Shown: positions 25,266-39,032 of the stretch, piece by piece
Layout of the letters: each line of letters opens with the position of its first letter
How positions within the stretch are numbered: position 1 is the first letter of the stretch
NCBI RefSeq assembly: GCF_006345805.1
Contig: NC_043016.1
Span: 5,146,001-5,210,000, forward strand
DNA: 64,000 bases
From: Octopus sinensis
Taxonomy: Eukaryota
Direction of reading: 5' to 3'
The notes under the pieces: model-generated
Told to the model about the DNA's origin: nothing
Seen by the model: the letters and a program-made list of their open reading frames with translations, nothing else
The model's database searches: none
Translations under genes and position numbers: made by a program

Positions 25266-25796
25266 ACTTATTATTATTATTTATTATTATTATTATTATT
25301 ATTATTGTTGTTGTTATTTTTATTTTTATTCGCCGGGCGAAATGCGTATCGGTATTTCGTCGGCCGCTACGTTCTGAGTTCAAATTCGGCCGAGGTCGAC
25401 TTTGCTTTTCATCCATTCGAGGTCGATAAATTAAGTACCAGTTACGCACCGGGGTCGATATAATCGACTTATTCCGTTTGTCTGTCCTTGTTTGTCCTCT
25501 CTGTGTTTAGCCCCTTGTGGGTAATAAAGAAATAAGAAACGTAGCTCGCGAGCAAGGGGAGATAATTCCTTAGATTTATCTACACATTTATCTCCCTTGA
25601 AACAGGTATTTGAATAGTTTATTGCGTGATGTAATTGAGATGGACGTGGGTGTGTGATAAGATACTTGCTTCCCAACAACATGGTTCCGAGTTCAGTCCC
25701 ACTTCCAGGTACCTTGGCAGTATCTTCTACTATAGCCTCGGGCCGACCAAAGCCTTGTGAGTGGATTGGTAGACGGAAACTGAAAGAAGTCTATTA

Positions 25797-26270
<474 letters not shown>

Positions 26271-26494
26271 GAATAAAAGAATATATATATATATATGCGG
26301 AGAAGTGGATGTGTGGTAGCTTCCTTACCAACCACATGGTTCCGGGTTCAGTCCCACTGCGTGACATCTTGGGCAAGTGTCTTCTACTATAGCCTCGGGC
26401 TGACCAAAGCCGTATGAGTGGATTTGGTAGACGCAAACTGAAAGAAGCCCGTTCTTATATACACACACACATACACACACACACATACACACAA

Positions 26495-26532
<38 letters not shown>

Positions 26533-27104
26533 CAACACACACACACACAAACACACACACACATATATATATATATATACTCTTGTGTCTGTGTAGGCGC
26601 AAAAGCCCAGTGGTTAGGGCGGCGGACTGGCGGTCGGAGGATCGCGGTTTCGATTCCCAAACCGAGCGTTGTATTTATTGAACGAAAACGCCTAAAACTC
26701 CACGAGGCACCGGCAGGGTGTCGTAGTGAACCCCGCTGTATTCTTTCACCAAAATTATCTCTCACTCTTTCTTCCTGTTTCTGTTGTACCTGTATTTTAA
26801 AGGTCCAGCCTTGTCACATTCTGTGTCACGCTGAATCTCCCCGAGAACTATGTTAAGGGTACACGTGTCTGTGAAGTACTCGGCCACTTGCACGTTGATA
26901 AATGAGCTGCGACGTCACTGGTGCCAGGCTGTATCGGCCCCTTTTGCCTTTCCCTTGGATAACATCGGTGGCGTAAAGAGGGGAGGTTGGTATGCATAGG
27001 CGACTGCTGGTCTTCCATAAACAACCTTGCTCAGACTTGTGCCTCGGTGGGTAACATTCTAAGTGCAATCTCATAGTGGTTCATGAGCGAAGGATGACAC
27101 AACA

Positions 27105-27990
27105 CAAAATACGATTTAGCTTAGGACAGGTATAATTACCAACACAGGAACATGTATCATACATCAAAATGAAGCTGGTCCTCTGTGGATCACATCTCTA
27201 CTTCTCAACATAGTCACTGTACTCTCAATAGCAATGTTCCACATTCGAATGTGAGCATGTATCCTTTCCCCTAAATTTCCACTGACTGTTCTTTGAGTCA
27301 CTTCCTCACTACAGTTTCACTAGAATAATGTTTGCCTCTGAAACCCTCTTTCATGGGACCGAAGGGGTGATAGTCCAGTGACGATAATAGTCCAGTAACG
27401 AGGAAATGAAAACTTTAATGAAGAAGTGGCTCAAAGAACAGTCAACAGAATTTTATGGGGCAGGGATACATGCTCTCATTTGAAGGTGGAACATTGCTAT
27501 GGAGAGAAACAGTGACTATGTTGAGATGTAGGGATGTGATCCACAGAAAACCAGATTCATTTTTGTGTATGATACATGTTCCTGTGTTGGTAATTATACC
27601 TGTCCTAAACAAAATGTCATTACTTTTTGACTCACCCTCGTGTAAAGAAAAAGAGTCTCAAAGGAAAGTCGTTTTGTTTAGGACAGGTATAATTGCCAAT
27701 ACAGGAACATGTATCATACATCAAAATGAAGCTGGTCTTATGTGGATCACATCCCTACCCCTCAAAATGATCACCATTTCTCTCAATAGCAATGTTCCCC
27801 CTTCGAATGAGTGCATGTACGAGGATGAGTCAAAAAGTAATGCCATTTTGTTTAGGACAGGTTATAATTGCCAACACTGGAACATGTATCATACATCAAA
27901 ATGAAGCTGGTCCTATGTGGATCACATCTCTACTTCGCAACATAGTCACCGATTCCACCTTCGAATGAGAGCATGTATTCCTGCCCCCTA
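27105..27990. mobile_element. Cluster of mariner-type end fragments (TACGAGG...), tandem and inverted
   Basis: The unit AGGACAGGTATAATTACCAACACAGGAACATGTATCATACATCAAAATGAAGCTGGTCC occurs four times in both orientations. Confidence 0.75.
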
Positions 27991-28438
27991 AAATTCTGTT
28001 GACTGTTCTTTGTGCCACTTCTTCATTACAGTTTTCACTTCATCGTTATTGGAATAATGTTTGTCCCCCAAACCTTCTTTCATGGAGCTGAATGTCCTGT
28101 CTTCCTCCCTTTCTCTCTCTCTCTTTCTGTCTCTCTCACTCTCTTTCTATATATATATATGTAGAGAGAGAGAGAGTGAGAGACACACACACAAACGTGG
28201 ACATATACACACTCATATATATTTATATGAAGGGCGAGAGAGAGAGAAATGAGAGAGGGGTCGAGACAAGGGGGGTGAGACAGAGGAGATGGGGAAGAAA
28301 GAGGAGAGAGGGGGCGAGAGATGGGAGAGTCGGAGAGAGAGAAGGAGAGGAGAGCGGGGGCGAGGGAGAGGAAGGTGAGTGAGGGGCGAGAGAGAGAGAG
28401 GGAGATGAGAAAGGGTCGAGAGAGAGAAAAAATCTTAC

Positions 28439-28512
28439 CTTACGGCCTTTTCGATGCTGTAAATTTCGTTTGAATGTTCTGGAGGCATATATCCGTATGT
28501 TCTTAAATAACT
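28439..28512 (-). CDS. MMP exon 2: propeptide (SYLRTYGYMPPEHSNEIYSIEKAVR)
   Basis: YLxxYGY propeptide motif; acceptor TAAAG|, donor AG|GTAAGA; 74 nt, phase 0 to 2. Too short for the ORF track. Confidence 0.9.
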
Positions 28513-28610
28513 CTTTAATAATAATTAAAATGGATTTTTAAAAATATATAAGTAAAAGAATTTGGTAACAACAACAGCAACATCAACACAAATTATAATA
28601 ATTTTTATTA

Positions 28611-29936
28611 GGATTGGGTTTTAGGTTTAAGGTTAGGGCTTTAGGGTTAGCGTCAGGGTTTAGGCTTAAGTTTTCGGGTTATGTTAGGATTAGGGTTTAA
28701 GAGTTACGGTTAGTGTTTAGGGTTACAGTTAGGGAAGGGTTTTAGGGTTAGGCTCAGGGTTTGGGGATTAGGGTTAGGGTTTTAGGTTTAAGGTTAGGGT
28801 TTAGGGTTAGCGAAAGAGTTTAGGGTTAAGTTTTCGGGTTAACTTAGGATTAGGGTTTAAGAGTTAGGGTTAGGGTGTAGGGTTACAGTTAGGGAAGGGT
28901 TTTAGGGTAGGCTTAGGATTCGGGGGTTAGGGTTAGGGTTTTAGGTTTATGGTTATGGTTTAGGGTTAGCGCAAGGGTTTAGGATTAAGTTTTCGGTTTA
29001 TTTTAGCATTAGGGTTTCAGAGTTAGGGTTAGGTTTTGGAGTTACAGTTAGGGAAGGGTTTTAGAGTTAGGCTTTGGGTTTTGGAGTTAGGGTTAGGGTT
29101 TTAAAGTTAGGTTTTCAAAGTTAGGGCTAGTGTTTTAGGGTTAGGGATAGGATTTTCGGGTTAGATTAGGGTTAGGGTTTTAGATTTATGGTTAGGTTTT
29201 AGGGTTAGATTTATGGTAGGGTTTGGGGGTTAGGCTTAGGCTTCTGGTGTTAGGATTATGGTTTTAGTGTTATAGTTTTAAAGTTAGGGATAGGGTTTTA
29301 GGGTTAGGGATAGGGTTCGGGTTTTAGGGTTAGGTTAGGGTTAGGGTTTTAGGGTTAAGGTTAGGGTTTTAGGTTTAAGGTTAGGGTTTTAGGTTTAAGG
29401 TTAGGGTTTTAGGGTTAGCGTCAGAGTTTAGGGTTAGGTTTTGGAGTTAGGTTAGGGTTATGGTTTTAGATTTAGGGTTAGAATTAGGCTAGGATTTTAA
29501 GGTTAGGCTTAGGATTTTGAGATTAGGGTTAGGGTTTTAGATGTAGGGTTAGGGTTTAGGGTAGGTTTTAGGGTTAGGCTTATTGTTTTGGGGTTAGGGT
29601 TTTAGAGTTAGGGTTTTAAAGTTAGGGATAGGGTTTTAGGGTTAGAGTTTAGGGTTAGAGTTAGGGAAGAATTTTAGGGTTAGGCTTAGGGTTTTGGGGC
29701 AAGGTTTAACGTTTAGGGTTAGGTTTTCGGGTTAGGTTAGGGTTTTAGAGTTAAGGATAGTGTTTTAGGGTTAGGGATAATGTTTTAGGGTTAGAGTTAG
29801 GGAAGGGGTTTAGGGTTAGGCTTAGGGTTTTGGGGTTAGGGTTAGGGTTTTAGAGTTAAGGATAGTGTTTTAGGGTTAGGGATAATGTTTTAGGGTTAGG
29901 TTTAGCTAGGGCTAGGGTTTTAGGGTTAGGGTTAGA
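28611..29936 (+). repeat. Degenerate interstitial (TTAGGG)n tract with about 168-bp sub-repeats
   Basis: Directly visible; 28611-29100 holds three similar units. Confidence 0.95.
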
Positions 29937-30077
29937 GCTGTAACTTTCGTTTGAATGTGCTGGCGGCATATATCCCTTTAAAAATTGTTAAAATGAATTT
30001 TTTTAAATATCTAAGTAAAAGAATTTGGTAACAACAACATCAACTTCAACACCATTTACAATAATTAATATTGGGTT
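29937..30077 (-). pseudogene. Degenerate partial duplicate of MMP exon 2 and its acceptor-side intron
   Basis: Aligns with 28456-28620; reads aaag|GYMPPAHSNESYS versus GYMPPEHSNEIYS, with 18 nt (SYLRTY) deleted and no donor site. Confidence 0.85.
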
Positions 30078-30244
30078 TATCTTAATACTAGCAGTGTAGC
30101 CCGGCGCTGCTCGGGTTTGTTTTCTTTCGACCATTTCTTTCGATCACTCTTTAAGTGAACATTCTTCTGTTTGAAATACACGGCAAAATGGCGACACACA
30201 TTTTTGATGTAAATAATTTTTTGGTCTTAACATGGTTTTACAAC

Positions 30245-30630
30245 AAGAAAAAGAAGGAGGTGGAGAAGAAGAAGAAGACGAAAAGAAAAAAGAAGAAAAG
30301 AAGAAGAAAGAGAAGAAAAGAAGAAGAAAAAGAAGAAAGAAAAGAAAGAAGAAGAAAAAGAGAAGAAGAAGAAGAAGAGAAGAGAAGAAAGAAGAAGGAA
30401 GGAGAAGAAAGGGAGGAGAAAAGAAGAAGAAGAAGAAGAAGAGAAGGAGAAGGAGAAGGAGAAGAAGAAACAGAAGAAAAGAAAAGAAGAAGAAGAAGAA
30501 GGAGGAGAATGAGAAGAAGAAAGAGAAGAAGAAGAAGAAGAAGAAGAAGGAGACGAAGAAGGAGAAGAAGAAGAAGAAGAAGAAAGAAGAAGAAAAGAAG
30601 AAGAAGAGAGAAGAAGAAGAAGAAGAAGAA
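30245..30630. repeat. (GAA)n-rich polypurine tract
   Basis: Directly visible; the poly-K/R/E ORFs here are artefacts. Confidence 0.97.
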
Positions 30631-31417
30631 ACACGTTTCTCTATATATCTATAATACTCTCTCTACTTGTTTCAGTCGGAGCACCACCTTTAGTCGAGCA
30701 GATCGACCCCCAGGGACTTATTCTTAGTAAGCCTAGTACTTATTCTATCGTTCTCTTGGCTGGACCGCTAAGTTACGGGGACGTAAACACCAGCATCGGT
30801 TGTCAAGTGATGTTGGGGGTACAAAACAGACACACAAACACATACACGTATATATATAATATATATATATAAATATATATATAGATTATATATATATATA
30901 TATATATATATATACGACGGGCTTCTTTTCTGTTTCCCTCTACCATATCCACTCACAAATCTTTTCGTGGGCCAGAGGCTATTGTTGGAGACACTCTCCC
31001 CAGGTGCCACGCAGTGGGACTGAAACAGGAACCATGTGGTTCGTAAGCAAGCTACTTACCACACAGCTACACTTGCGCCTATATACATATGTACGACGGG
31101 CTTCTTTCAGTTTCCGTCTACCAAATCCACTCACGAGGCTTTGGTCAGCCCGAAGCCACAAAGGTGCCCACGGGACAAAACCCGGAAGCCACTTGGTGCC
31201 AAGAAGTGGACTGACCGGAAACTACTTGGTGGTAAACAAGCACTTACACACAGCCCACTCTACGCCTCTATGTTCGTAATTGTTACGTTTAAATTATAGA
31301 AACTCAGGTTTGTTCTCGCACTAAAATACCTCTGGGATTATTATATGGGCCATTGTTTGGTGGGAAGGAATGAATTATAAAAATATTATAGGCCTACGAG
31401 GGACTGTGTGGTAAATA

Positions 31418-32230
31418 GCTGTTGTTTGTCAACAACAACTTCCAGTGGTGTATTTTTTCGTTTGTCACTGTTACTTATGACATCGTTTGTGCGTTTGTAC
31501 TGGTTTTAAGGTTCTAGGGTTAGTGTTAGGGTTTTAGGGTTAGGGTTTATATGAATAAACGAGTCTATCTGAAGCATGTTTACTTCATGGCACCGCCGTA
31601 ATCGTCCGTGCTTCATTTTTCATTTTATCCGTAACTCTAACCCTAAAACACACCCTAACCCTAAACCGTAACCCCCCCCTAAACCCTAACCCTAAACCCA
31701 AAACCCTAACCCTAAACCCTAACCCTAAAAAAAAAAAAACCCTAAACTACCCTAAAACCTAACCTACCCTAAAACCCTAACCCTAAAACCCTAACCCTAA
31801 AACCCTAACCCTAACCCTAAAACCCTAGCCCTAACCCTAAAACCTCAACTCTAAAACCCTAACCCTAAAACCCTAGCCCTAAGCCTAAAACCCTAAAACC
31901 CTAACCCTAACCCTAAAACCCTAAAGCTAAAACCAATACAAACGCACGAACGATCTCATAAATAACCGTGACAAAAGAAATATACACCGCCGGAAATTGT
32001 TGTTGACAAACAACGGCAGTAATTTTATTCAGTTGAATACACGTCACTGATTGGTTCAAATTACCTAAATACGACAACTTTAACAAGAAATTACTTCCAA
32101 AATACAAAATTTTCTCAACAACGCCAAGTGTAAAATATGCTTTATATGACAAATTCTACAAGTATACGAAGTTTGAAAGTGTTTAGTTACGAAAAATTAT
32201 GTTTTAAATCGGTCAAAAGATAAAGATCCA
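31418..32230. mobile_element. Foldback of a telomere-repeat-containing dispersed element; another family copy at 37960-38260
   Basis: 31418-31545 is the reverse complement of about 31880-32012; inner order is (TTAGGG)n, 87-bp spacer, (CCCTAA)n. Confidence 0.75.
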
Positions 32231-32266
32231 ATAATAATAATTAATAATTATTATTATTATTATAAT

Positions 32267-32300
<34 letters not shown>

Positions 32301-32310
32301 TAATAATATA

Positions 32311-32421
<111 letters not shown>

Positions 32422-32539
32422 GCAGAACACTTTCCATACAATAACCATCAGAGCATCACAACAAATCACAGCACATACCCAAGGCACACAGAGCTGCGCT
32501 CGGTAGTGAAGTGAAAGCACGCTATAAAAAATAAAACTA

Positions 32540-32611
<72 letters not shown>

Positions 32612-32624
32612 TAATAATAATAAT

Positions 32625-32654
<30 letters not shown>

Positions 32655-32658
<4 letters not shown>

Positions 32659-33145
32659 GCAGCATATTCCTAATGAACAGAAAGGATGTAAACGTGGATC
32701 CTACGGCTGTAAAGACCAACTACTCATCAATAAGATGATCTTAGAAGATTGTCACAAACGACACAAAAACTTATCAATAGCCTGGATAGAACTATAAAAA
32801 GCTTTTGATAGCCTACCACATAGCTGGATTAGGAAAATGCCTTGAAATGTATAAGATAGCACCAACTCTGCGAAACTTCTGACTGTAAGTATGAGATCAT
32901 GGAAACCCACACTAACTCTGAACAGTGACAGTGAATCCCTAAATGCTGGTGATGTAAAAATTCGTGTGGGCATTTTCCAGGGTGACTCACTGTCACCACT
33001 CCTCTTTGTTTATCCTTAATACCTCTCTCAAAGCTGCTCAATGACGCGCAGTACGGGTATAAAATGTTTGATAAAAATATAAATCATCTCGTTTACATGG
33101 ATGATTTAAAGCTTTTTGCAAAAAATGATCAACAACTCAAGGGCT
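32655..33145 (+). mobile_element. R4/Dong-like reverse transcriptase fragment
   Basis: Broken frames give KAFDSLPHSWI, FQGDSLSPLLF and YMDDLKLFAKNDQQLKG. Confidence 0.88.
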
Positions 33146-33520
33146 TTGAACCTATCATTGATGCTTCTAGAGGTCTCACCTATGTATGACTCTGGGTTAG
33201 TCGCGCAAGCTCCCTCCTGGCACTTAATCTGGTATACAGTGCCCTTGATTTTACAATTTACATGTGGATTTGTCGAACATACTGCACAATTACTTTGACA
33301 GGAAGCCAAACACCATCTTCTACCAACATGCTGTAGACTGCCACAAGGGATCCTTAGGGGAGCTTAAGTTGAACATCCTATCAACACACCCCACCGATGC
33401 AATGTTGAGACAGGTCACAGAAGCTGTTTGTATACAAGAATACAAACCTACTCTCAACCGAAAGTCCGAATGGAATAACATCCAGATCCCATTCAGAAGG
33501 ACTATTCTATAACCACCCCT
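33145..33520. mobile_element. Penelope-like GIY-YIG endonuclease fragment split by an inversion
   Basis: Minus strand: VYQIKC..C....YIGETSRS..DRF. Plus strand: H...H....NIL......LRQVTEAVCIQEYKPTLN. Confidence 0.85.
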
Positions 33521-34069
33521 CTCTCTCTCCTCCCTTTTACCTGTAGTCCTTACATACGGGTTGCAACGCGTATGTGCAGTTATATACAACGGTATGAGCA
33601 GACGTTGTTTGATAACGAACAGTTGCACCTAGGCGTTGTATCCATTCACGGTTAGACGATGATGAGAGGAACAAACACACACCACACACATATATATATA
33701 TGTGTGTGTGCGTCTACAAAACATATATGTAAATATGTATACAACCTTCAGCAAAGTAACATCATGTACACAACTTGGACGGACACATGCCGGTACACGG
33801 ACATACGTTCCATACACATACACATGTACACACTCTCACAGACACATCTGCCCATTCTCCTAGACATCACATACATACGTAGCACATGAATACAAACATA
33901 CATACTACCTACGTATGGGCATACACACGTACATGTACGCACACACATACATGGGCACATGCACACGAGCGCGTATACATACATACGCACATGCCGTACG
34001 TATGTACATACACACACACACCAACATACGTACATACATACATACATACATACATACATACATACAACA

Positions 34070-34100
<31 letters not shown>

Positions 34101-34711
34101 GCACATACATACATACATACATACAACGCAACAATAGTAAAACAATAGTCTGTGATATAGAGATAAAAATCTGATAATAGATTTTAGGGTATAGTTTTGG
34201 GAGTAAGCGTCATAAATCACTTTCTAGCTTCGGCCGTAGGAAGTTGAATTTGATAGCTTTGTGATGAGTGGTCACTCTACATCCATCCATCGCTACAGGT
34301 TTATAGCTTTATGTTTATAGAGTGTATGCGTGCATATACACACACATACATACATACATACATACATACATACATACATACATACATACATACATACATA
34401 CATACATACATACATACATACACAGGCGTATGTGCGTACATGCATACGTACATACATACATACACACATGTATGCATACATACACACATACATACGTACA
34501 TATATATGACGAACTAACTGTTACTTTCTTAGATGCAGCACGGACTTTGTCAGTGAACAGGTCGGCGGATTTTAGCGACGAAAATATTTTGACAAATTAA
34601 ACTTAAATGTTGAGTGAATCGAACGGCTTTTGTGTGTTTCTTAAATGGTTATAAACACCTTCCACGCTGCAATTGTATATATATATATATATGCCTATAC
34701 ATACATACAAC

Positions 34712-34745
<34 letters not shown>

Positions 34746-35299
34746 ATACATATATTACGACGGACTTCTTTCAATTTCCGTCTACCAAATCCACTCACAA
34801 GGCTTTGGTCGGCCCGAGGCTATATTAGAAGCCTAGTACTTATCCTATCGGTCTTTTTTGCCGAACTACTATGTTACGGGAACGTAAACTCACCACTATC
34901 GGTTGTCAAGCGATCGTGGTGGGGTGGGGAGCAAACACAGACACACAAACACACACATGCAAATATACGACAGGCTTCTTTCAGTTTCCGTCTACCAAAT
35001 CCACTCACAAGGCTTTGGACTGCCCGAGGCTATAGTAGAAGGTGCCACGCAGTGGGACTGAACGCGGAACCATGTGCTTGGTAAGCAAGCTACTTACCAC
35101 ACAGCCACTCCTGCGTGAGCACACACACACACATATATATATATATGTGTGTACGGGCCCACCAAATCCACTCGGAAGGTTGGTGGGCCCGGGACTATAG
35201 TATAAGACACTGCTCAAGTTCCACGCAGAGTGACTAAAGCCTATAGATATATATATAATATATATTATATATATATATATATATATAGATATATATATA

Positions 35300-35348
<49 letters not shown>

Positions 35349-35876
35349 ATACAATATATATAAGTGGTGTGAGTGTGTGTGTGTGTGTACAATGGGCTTT
35401 TTCAGTTTCCGTCTACTAAATCTACTCGGCCCGATGGTATAGGAGAAGATGACACTGCCGTAGGTCCACGCAATGGGACTGAACCTGGAACCATGTGGTT
35501 GGTAAGCAAGCTTTTGCCACACAGCTACTCCTGCAAGTTTTTGCAGAGAGCATATGCCTCGCGTTTCTCGAACACATGACCGGGGAAAATTCTCACGCGC
35601 CATTCAATATGGCTGGGAGAATGCTTTAACACATACAAATGAGTCTCAGAATTTCTTTATGAGAGAAGAAACGGGATTGTAGATTTCATAAATTAAATAT
35701 TAACGTGAATATTTTTATCCGGTTTTGCAGCTTTTCATTGTCTTGCCTCTCTTTCTTTTAATCATATTTTACATTTGCGAATGGCTAAAAATAAATTTCT
35801 AAGGACGGTTGTTTTTGTTGAATATACGTAACGTTATTTCCAAGCACGTTTTAGCGAAACATGAATAAAATGTCTG

Positions 35877-36730
35877 TACGCAGGTGAGTCAAAAAGTAAT
35901 GCCATTGTGTTTAGGACAGGCATAATTACCAACTCAGGAACATGTGTCATACATCAAAATGAAGCATTTTGATGTATGATACATGTTCCTGAGTTGGTAA
36001 TTATAACCTGTCCTAAACAAAATGGCTTTACTTTTTGACTCACCCTCGTACATGCACTCATTCGAAGGGGGAACATTGCTATTGAGAGAAATGGTGATCA
36101 TTTTGAGAAGTAGGGATGTGATCCACAGAGGACCAGCTTCATTTTGATGTATGATACATGTTCCTGTGTTGGTAATTATACCTGTCCTAAACAAAACGGC
36201 TTTTCTTTGTGACTCTTTTTCTTTACAGACTAAGACAGTTCACAGACATGAACAGAAATATATAGACCACATTGTCAAGCTAATATTGTTTCCTCTCCTT
36301 TCTTGTGAATTTAATTATATCTCTCGGTTTCATCTTGTAATTCAGACATCAACACAGGTACAATTAAGATTCACACATGATACAATTCCTAATAAGTTCC
36401 TTGCACTTATCAATCCCACCATGTATTTTTGTTGCTCCTAGACATCTCCAATGTAAATCACTAATTCCCTCCGACTTTTTCCTCTCACACAATTCCGTGC
36501 TACTCTGCGGGTCACTGAAGTTCAGCTATACACAACTGCCTGGAAGATTCTTTCGTCATTTTTAGGGATGTGATCCACATAGGACCAGCTTCATTTTGAT
36601 GTATGATACATGTTCCAGTGTTGGCAATTATAACCTGTCCTAAACAAAATGGCATTACTTTTTGACTCACCCTCGTACATGCACTCATTCGAAGGGGGAA
36701 CATTGCTATTGAGAGAAACAGTGACTATGT
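35877..36730. mobile_element. Mariner-type hairpin MITE (35877-36050) with adjacent end fragments and an RTE-like remnant (about 36230-36545)
   Basis: About 85-bp arms starting TACG(C/A)G with a 3-nt AAG loop at about 35962; same family as 27105-27990. Confidence 0.75.
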
Positions 36731-36928
36731 ATTATACTACCTATTTTAAACGTTTAAACAAAAAGCCCCTCTTAACATTTTCTTATCTTTATCAAAGATT
36801 CTATTTTTTAACATTTGACATTTTCTTATCGTTATCAAAGACTGTTTAACTATATTTTAATACAATTGCGGTACCATTTTTTAACACAACAAAGCTTATA
36901 CAAAGCTTTACATTTTACATTTGATAAT

Positions 36929-36956
36929 CTTCTAATAATAACTGAAACCGGTCAAG
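36929..36956 (+). ncRNA. Hammerhead relic
   Basis: CTT-CTAATAA-taact-GAAA-CCGG-TC-AAG; stems I and III retained, core and stem II destroyed; (TA)n about 50 bp downstream. Confidence 0.4.
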
Positions 36957-37011
36957 TCAAAAAACGTCCTTAAAAGACCTCTGCATTTTTCAATCTTCTT
37001 CTTATATATAT

Positions 37012-37064
<53 letters not shown>

Positions 37065-37210
37065 ATATATATATAAATTAGAAAAGAAACACCTTCTATC
37101 ATTCATAATAAAAAATTAAATTACACCATCAAGAAATTACATATTATAGAAAATTAAATATAAGATAAAAAATATAACCATTATTAAGTAACGTATATAT
37201 ATGGTAGAAT

Positions 37211-37310
37211 AACGACACGTGTTTCGTGGCTAATTTAAGAAATATTATAGTAAAATTATTATTAGTAGTAGAAAAATCCTTTCGATAAAAATATAGCCAC
37301 TCATCAGGTT
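37211..37310 (-). ncRNA. Type I hammerhead ribozyme, intact
   Basis: AAC-CTGATGA-GTGGCTA...TAGCCAC-GAAA-CACGTG-TC-GTT: perfect 7-bp stem II, palindromic ACACGTGT stem III, canonical GUC site. Confidence 0.9.
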
Positions 37311-37399
37311 AAAGATACTCAATAATAAAATGATTAATTTATAAATATACGTAAATATCTTTTAAATATAAATATATTCTTTAAATATATATATATATA

Positions 37400-37463
<64 letters not shown>

Positions 37464-38452
37464 CTATATATAATATATATATATAAACATATATTATATA
37501 AAGATACAAAATATACATTAATTGAAAACTAAATACAACACTTTAAACTATATACATTAAATCAATTTATTTATTGATATATTTATTTAATAAACACCCA
37601 AATAAAGTCTAATACCCATTAAGCAATTAATACTAAAAACGTTAATGTTAATTAATATACACAATGCTAGTACAAGTCATAAATCCGGAATCAGACATAG
37701 GAAATGTTTCAAATATACACATACCCATTATATAAAGAATTATATAATTAATATATATATAGATTTAATATATCACTCAATAATATAGTTGACCAAAATA
37801 TCAATTAATATAAACACTATTTAATTAAATGTAATACTACTTGATAAATATACTACCTAATTATTCTTATTATATATATATATATATTATATATATATAT
37901 ATTATAATATTATATATATATATATTATATATATCATATATATATATATTATATATTATATGGTTAAGATTGGGTTAGGGTTGTCATAAATAACAGTGAC
38001 ATATGAAATATACACACCGCGAAGTTCTTGTTGACAAACAACAGCAGTAGCTTTATTCAGCTGAATACACGTCATTGATTGATTGAAATTACTGAAATAG
38101 GACAAATTAACGTGAAATAACTTCGTAAATATAAGTTTTTTTCTCAAAAAGCTACGATTAAAAGATGTTTTATATGACACAGTTATATCCGAAGTTTCAA
38201 AGTGTTTAGTTACAAAAGTTATTTTTTTAATCTGTAGATCATAAAGTAAAGTTCCCAAGCTGCAATAACCACGCTTCGAAATACCTAACTAAGTTATATT
38301 AGAACGCAGATGCAAGTTCTAAGCTCAGGAAAAGCTGAGTATCAATGAGATAAACGAAAAACAAAACTGGAAAATCGGGATTCATCTCTGGAAACAGTAA
38401 GAAAGAGCACGTCAAGTCATTGTATAAAAATGTCATTCAGTTACTCGGAAAG

Positions 38453-38842
38453 TCTTGGTATAAAAGATGGCTACAACAAATATTCTGCTCAATGCCACAG
38501 ATTTGCTTGTCAGTTGCTTGACCTTAACCAGTTGAGCATGTCCCTTAGTGGCTGACGATATGTGCATCTCTGATCACGAGCAGAAGTAGTGGGGGAGCAT
38601 CATAGCCATGTGGTGAGAGGGATTATTTGGGGTTTGAATAATTCACCTCTGGAAACATGGATGGTTCGTTCAACATCCTTAAAAAACTTTATTCAGGGAC
38701 CTTTTGAGCGGGATGGGCTATTCGACCTCAAGAAAATAGTGACTTGGCACCCACCTGCAGGTCATGCGTTGTTTATCTTGATATGAGATCTTCATATATT
38801 TTACCCAATGTCACTTTGACGGCATGCACTGCTCTCTCACTC

Positions 38843-38879
<37 letters not shown>

Positions 38880-38886
38880 TAATATT

Positions 38887-38917
<31 letters not shown>

Positions 38918-38957
38918 TAATAATAATAAAATAATAATAATAATAATAAATTATAAT

Positions 38958-39032
<75 letters not shown>

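Noticed and set aside
30155-30727. 190-aa Lys/Arg-rich protamine-like ORF
   Set aside because: A (GAA)n tract with no splice or domain support.
31495-31935. True ancestral telomere fusion point
   Set aside because: The arms belong to a dispersed repeat with another copy at 37960, so a foldback element is more parsimonious.
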